Of a stretch of DNA of 64,000 nt, positions 62,843-64,000 are shown piece by piece; the stretch's first letter is position 1; every line of letters begins with the position of its first letter. The position numbers and the translations under genes are program-made. The stretch covers positions 17,484,001 to 17,548,000 of the forward strand of contig NC_043000.1 in the NCBI RefSeq assembly GCF_006345805.1. The letters are read 5' to 3'. This DNA comes from Octopus sinensis (taxonomy: Eukaryota). The notes beneath the pieces were generated by a model. It had not been told where the DNA came from, did no database searches, and saw nothing but the letters and a program-made list of their open reading frames with translations.

Positions 62843-63235
62843 GGCATAGCTGTGTGGTAAAGAAGCCGGCTTTGCAACCATGTGGTTTCAGGTTCAGTCC
62901 TACTTTGTGGAACCTTGGGCAAGTGCTTTCTACTGTAGCCATGTGTTGACCAATGACTTGTGAGTGAGTTTGGCTGATGGTAACTGTGTGGAATCCCATT
63001 GTATATGTATGTATGTATGTATGTGTGTATGTCTTTATGTTTGTCTTCTCCACTGCTTGACAACTAGTGTTGGTTTGTTTATATCCCCATGACTTAGTAG
63101 TTCAGCAAACGAGAACAAATGATAAAGTACCAGACTTAAAAATAAGTGCTGGAGTTGATTTGTTTGACTAACACTTCAAGGCAGTGCTCCAGCATGGCAG
63201 CAGTCCAATAACTGAAACAAGTAAAAGAAACATAG
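62843..63235 (+). mobile_element. SINE family A (diverged)
   Basis: Head, microsatellite and tail recognisable. Confidence 0.8.
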
Positions 63236-63772
63236 AAAAAAAAGAGAACATAGAAAAACAAGCAGTAAAATTGCAAACATTTGAACAGTTGTATTCAAAG
63301 GAATAATTATAATACTATAAAAAGTCATTAGCATCATGAATAACTCTAAAACTGGCCACATCACATGTCCCAATAGCAATCTCTAGTAACATACTTACAC
63401 TTTAATAGGAAGCAACTGTGTTTTCAAAAGCTGGAAACTGAGAAAATTGTTCAAAGTTATTAAAAAAAAAAAAATCCAGGAAAAACCCAAGAGAGATAGC
63501 ATTACACAAACTCATCAGCCACTTGCATAACACTCTCAAAGATTTTGTAAAGACCTGGCTTCATATCACTAAATCACACTTTCCTCTCTCTCTCCGAATA
63601 ACAACACAGAATCACACACCTATGCTCAACTGCACTACTCACAAACTTTTTACACACATGCATGCACGCACACACACATGCACACACACACACACACACA
63701 CATGCACAACTTCAATAACAACTACAAAGGCAACACACATTCTATGAACCTTTTTTTCTCTTTTATCTACTA

Positions 63773-64000
63773 CTAGCAGCATAGCCCGGCATTGCCTGGG
63801 TATGTAAGAGCCCCTGGAGCAGACATGATGCTCGCTGTGAATTTAAAAAAAAAATTCCTGCCAATTTGTGAAAGATATTGTCGAAAATATGTCATCTTGA
63901 ATTTGAACACGATTTCCCAAAATGGCATGATTTTATCAATTTTTTCCTGATGGTAAGGTATTGCATGGAAAACTAATGTCAGAATTAAGTTTCTTAGGGT
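63773..64000 (-). mobile_element. Helitron-like 3' end of a second family (runs off the window)
   Basis: a|ctagcagcatagcccggcattgcctggg gives a minus-strand hairpin plus CTAG|T, like 38697 but with a different interior. Confidence 0.65.

Overview
AT-rich, microsatellite-laden animal genomic DNA. The SINE and RTE-LINE repertoire looks like a coleoid cephalopod, most likely an octopus; this comes from recalled repeat families and was not checked by search. Only one host coding exon is recognisable: the large first coding exon of a WNK ('with-no-lysine') kinase on the minus strand (21828 down to the 100-N gap at 20893), ending in RAVSTSICGRFLKFDVEIGRGSFK. Bases 1-20793 are presumably its intron, and no further WNK exon was found there. 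The rest is repeat-derived. It includes at least four tRNA-headed SINE families with shuffled modules, decayed RTE LINEs (BovB-like, and a type with a C4HC3 finger inside the RT), mariner, DD37D/maT, hAT and a complete Chapaev3-like transposon. There are also several MITEs (piggyBac-like, GG-ended with 8-bp TSDs, some carrying TTAGGG repeats), Helitron ends, a probable solo LTR, a 1.8-kb 26/24-bp satellite and an isolated 78-bp 28S rRNA fragment. The most interesting signal is five unrelated short repeat families that each carry a minimal type I hammerhead-ribozyme motif of the kind known from Penelope-like element pseudo-LTRs. Three of them sit in inverted pairs. One links a GIY-YIG C-terminus, a tRNA-like Pol III promoter cassette and the hammerhead, giving a candidate retrozyme-like system. 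Repeat boundaries without an identified TSD or TIR are approximate to within tens of bp.
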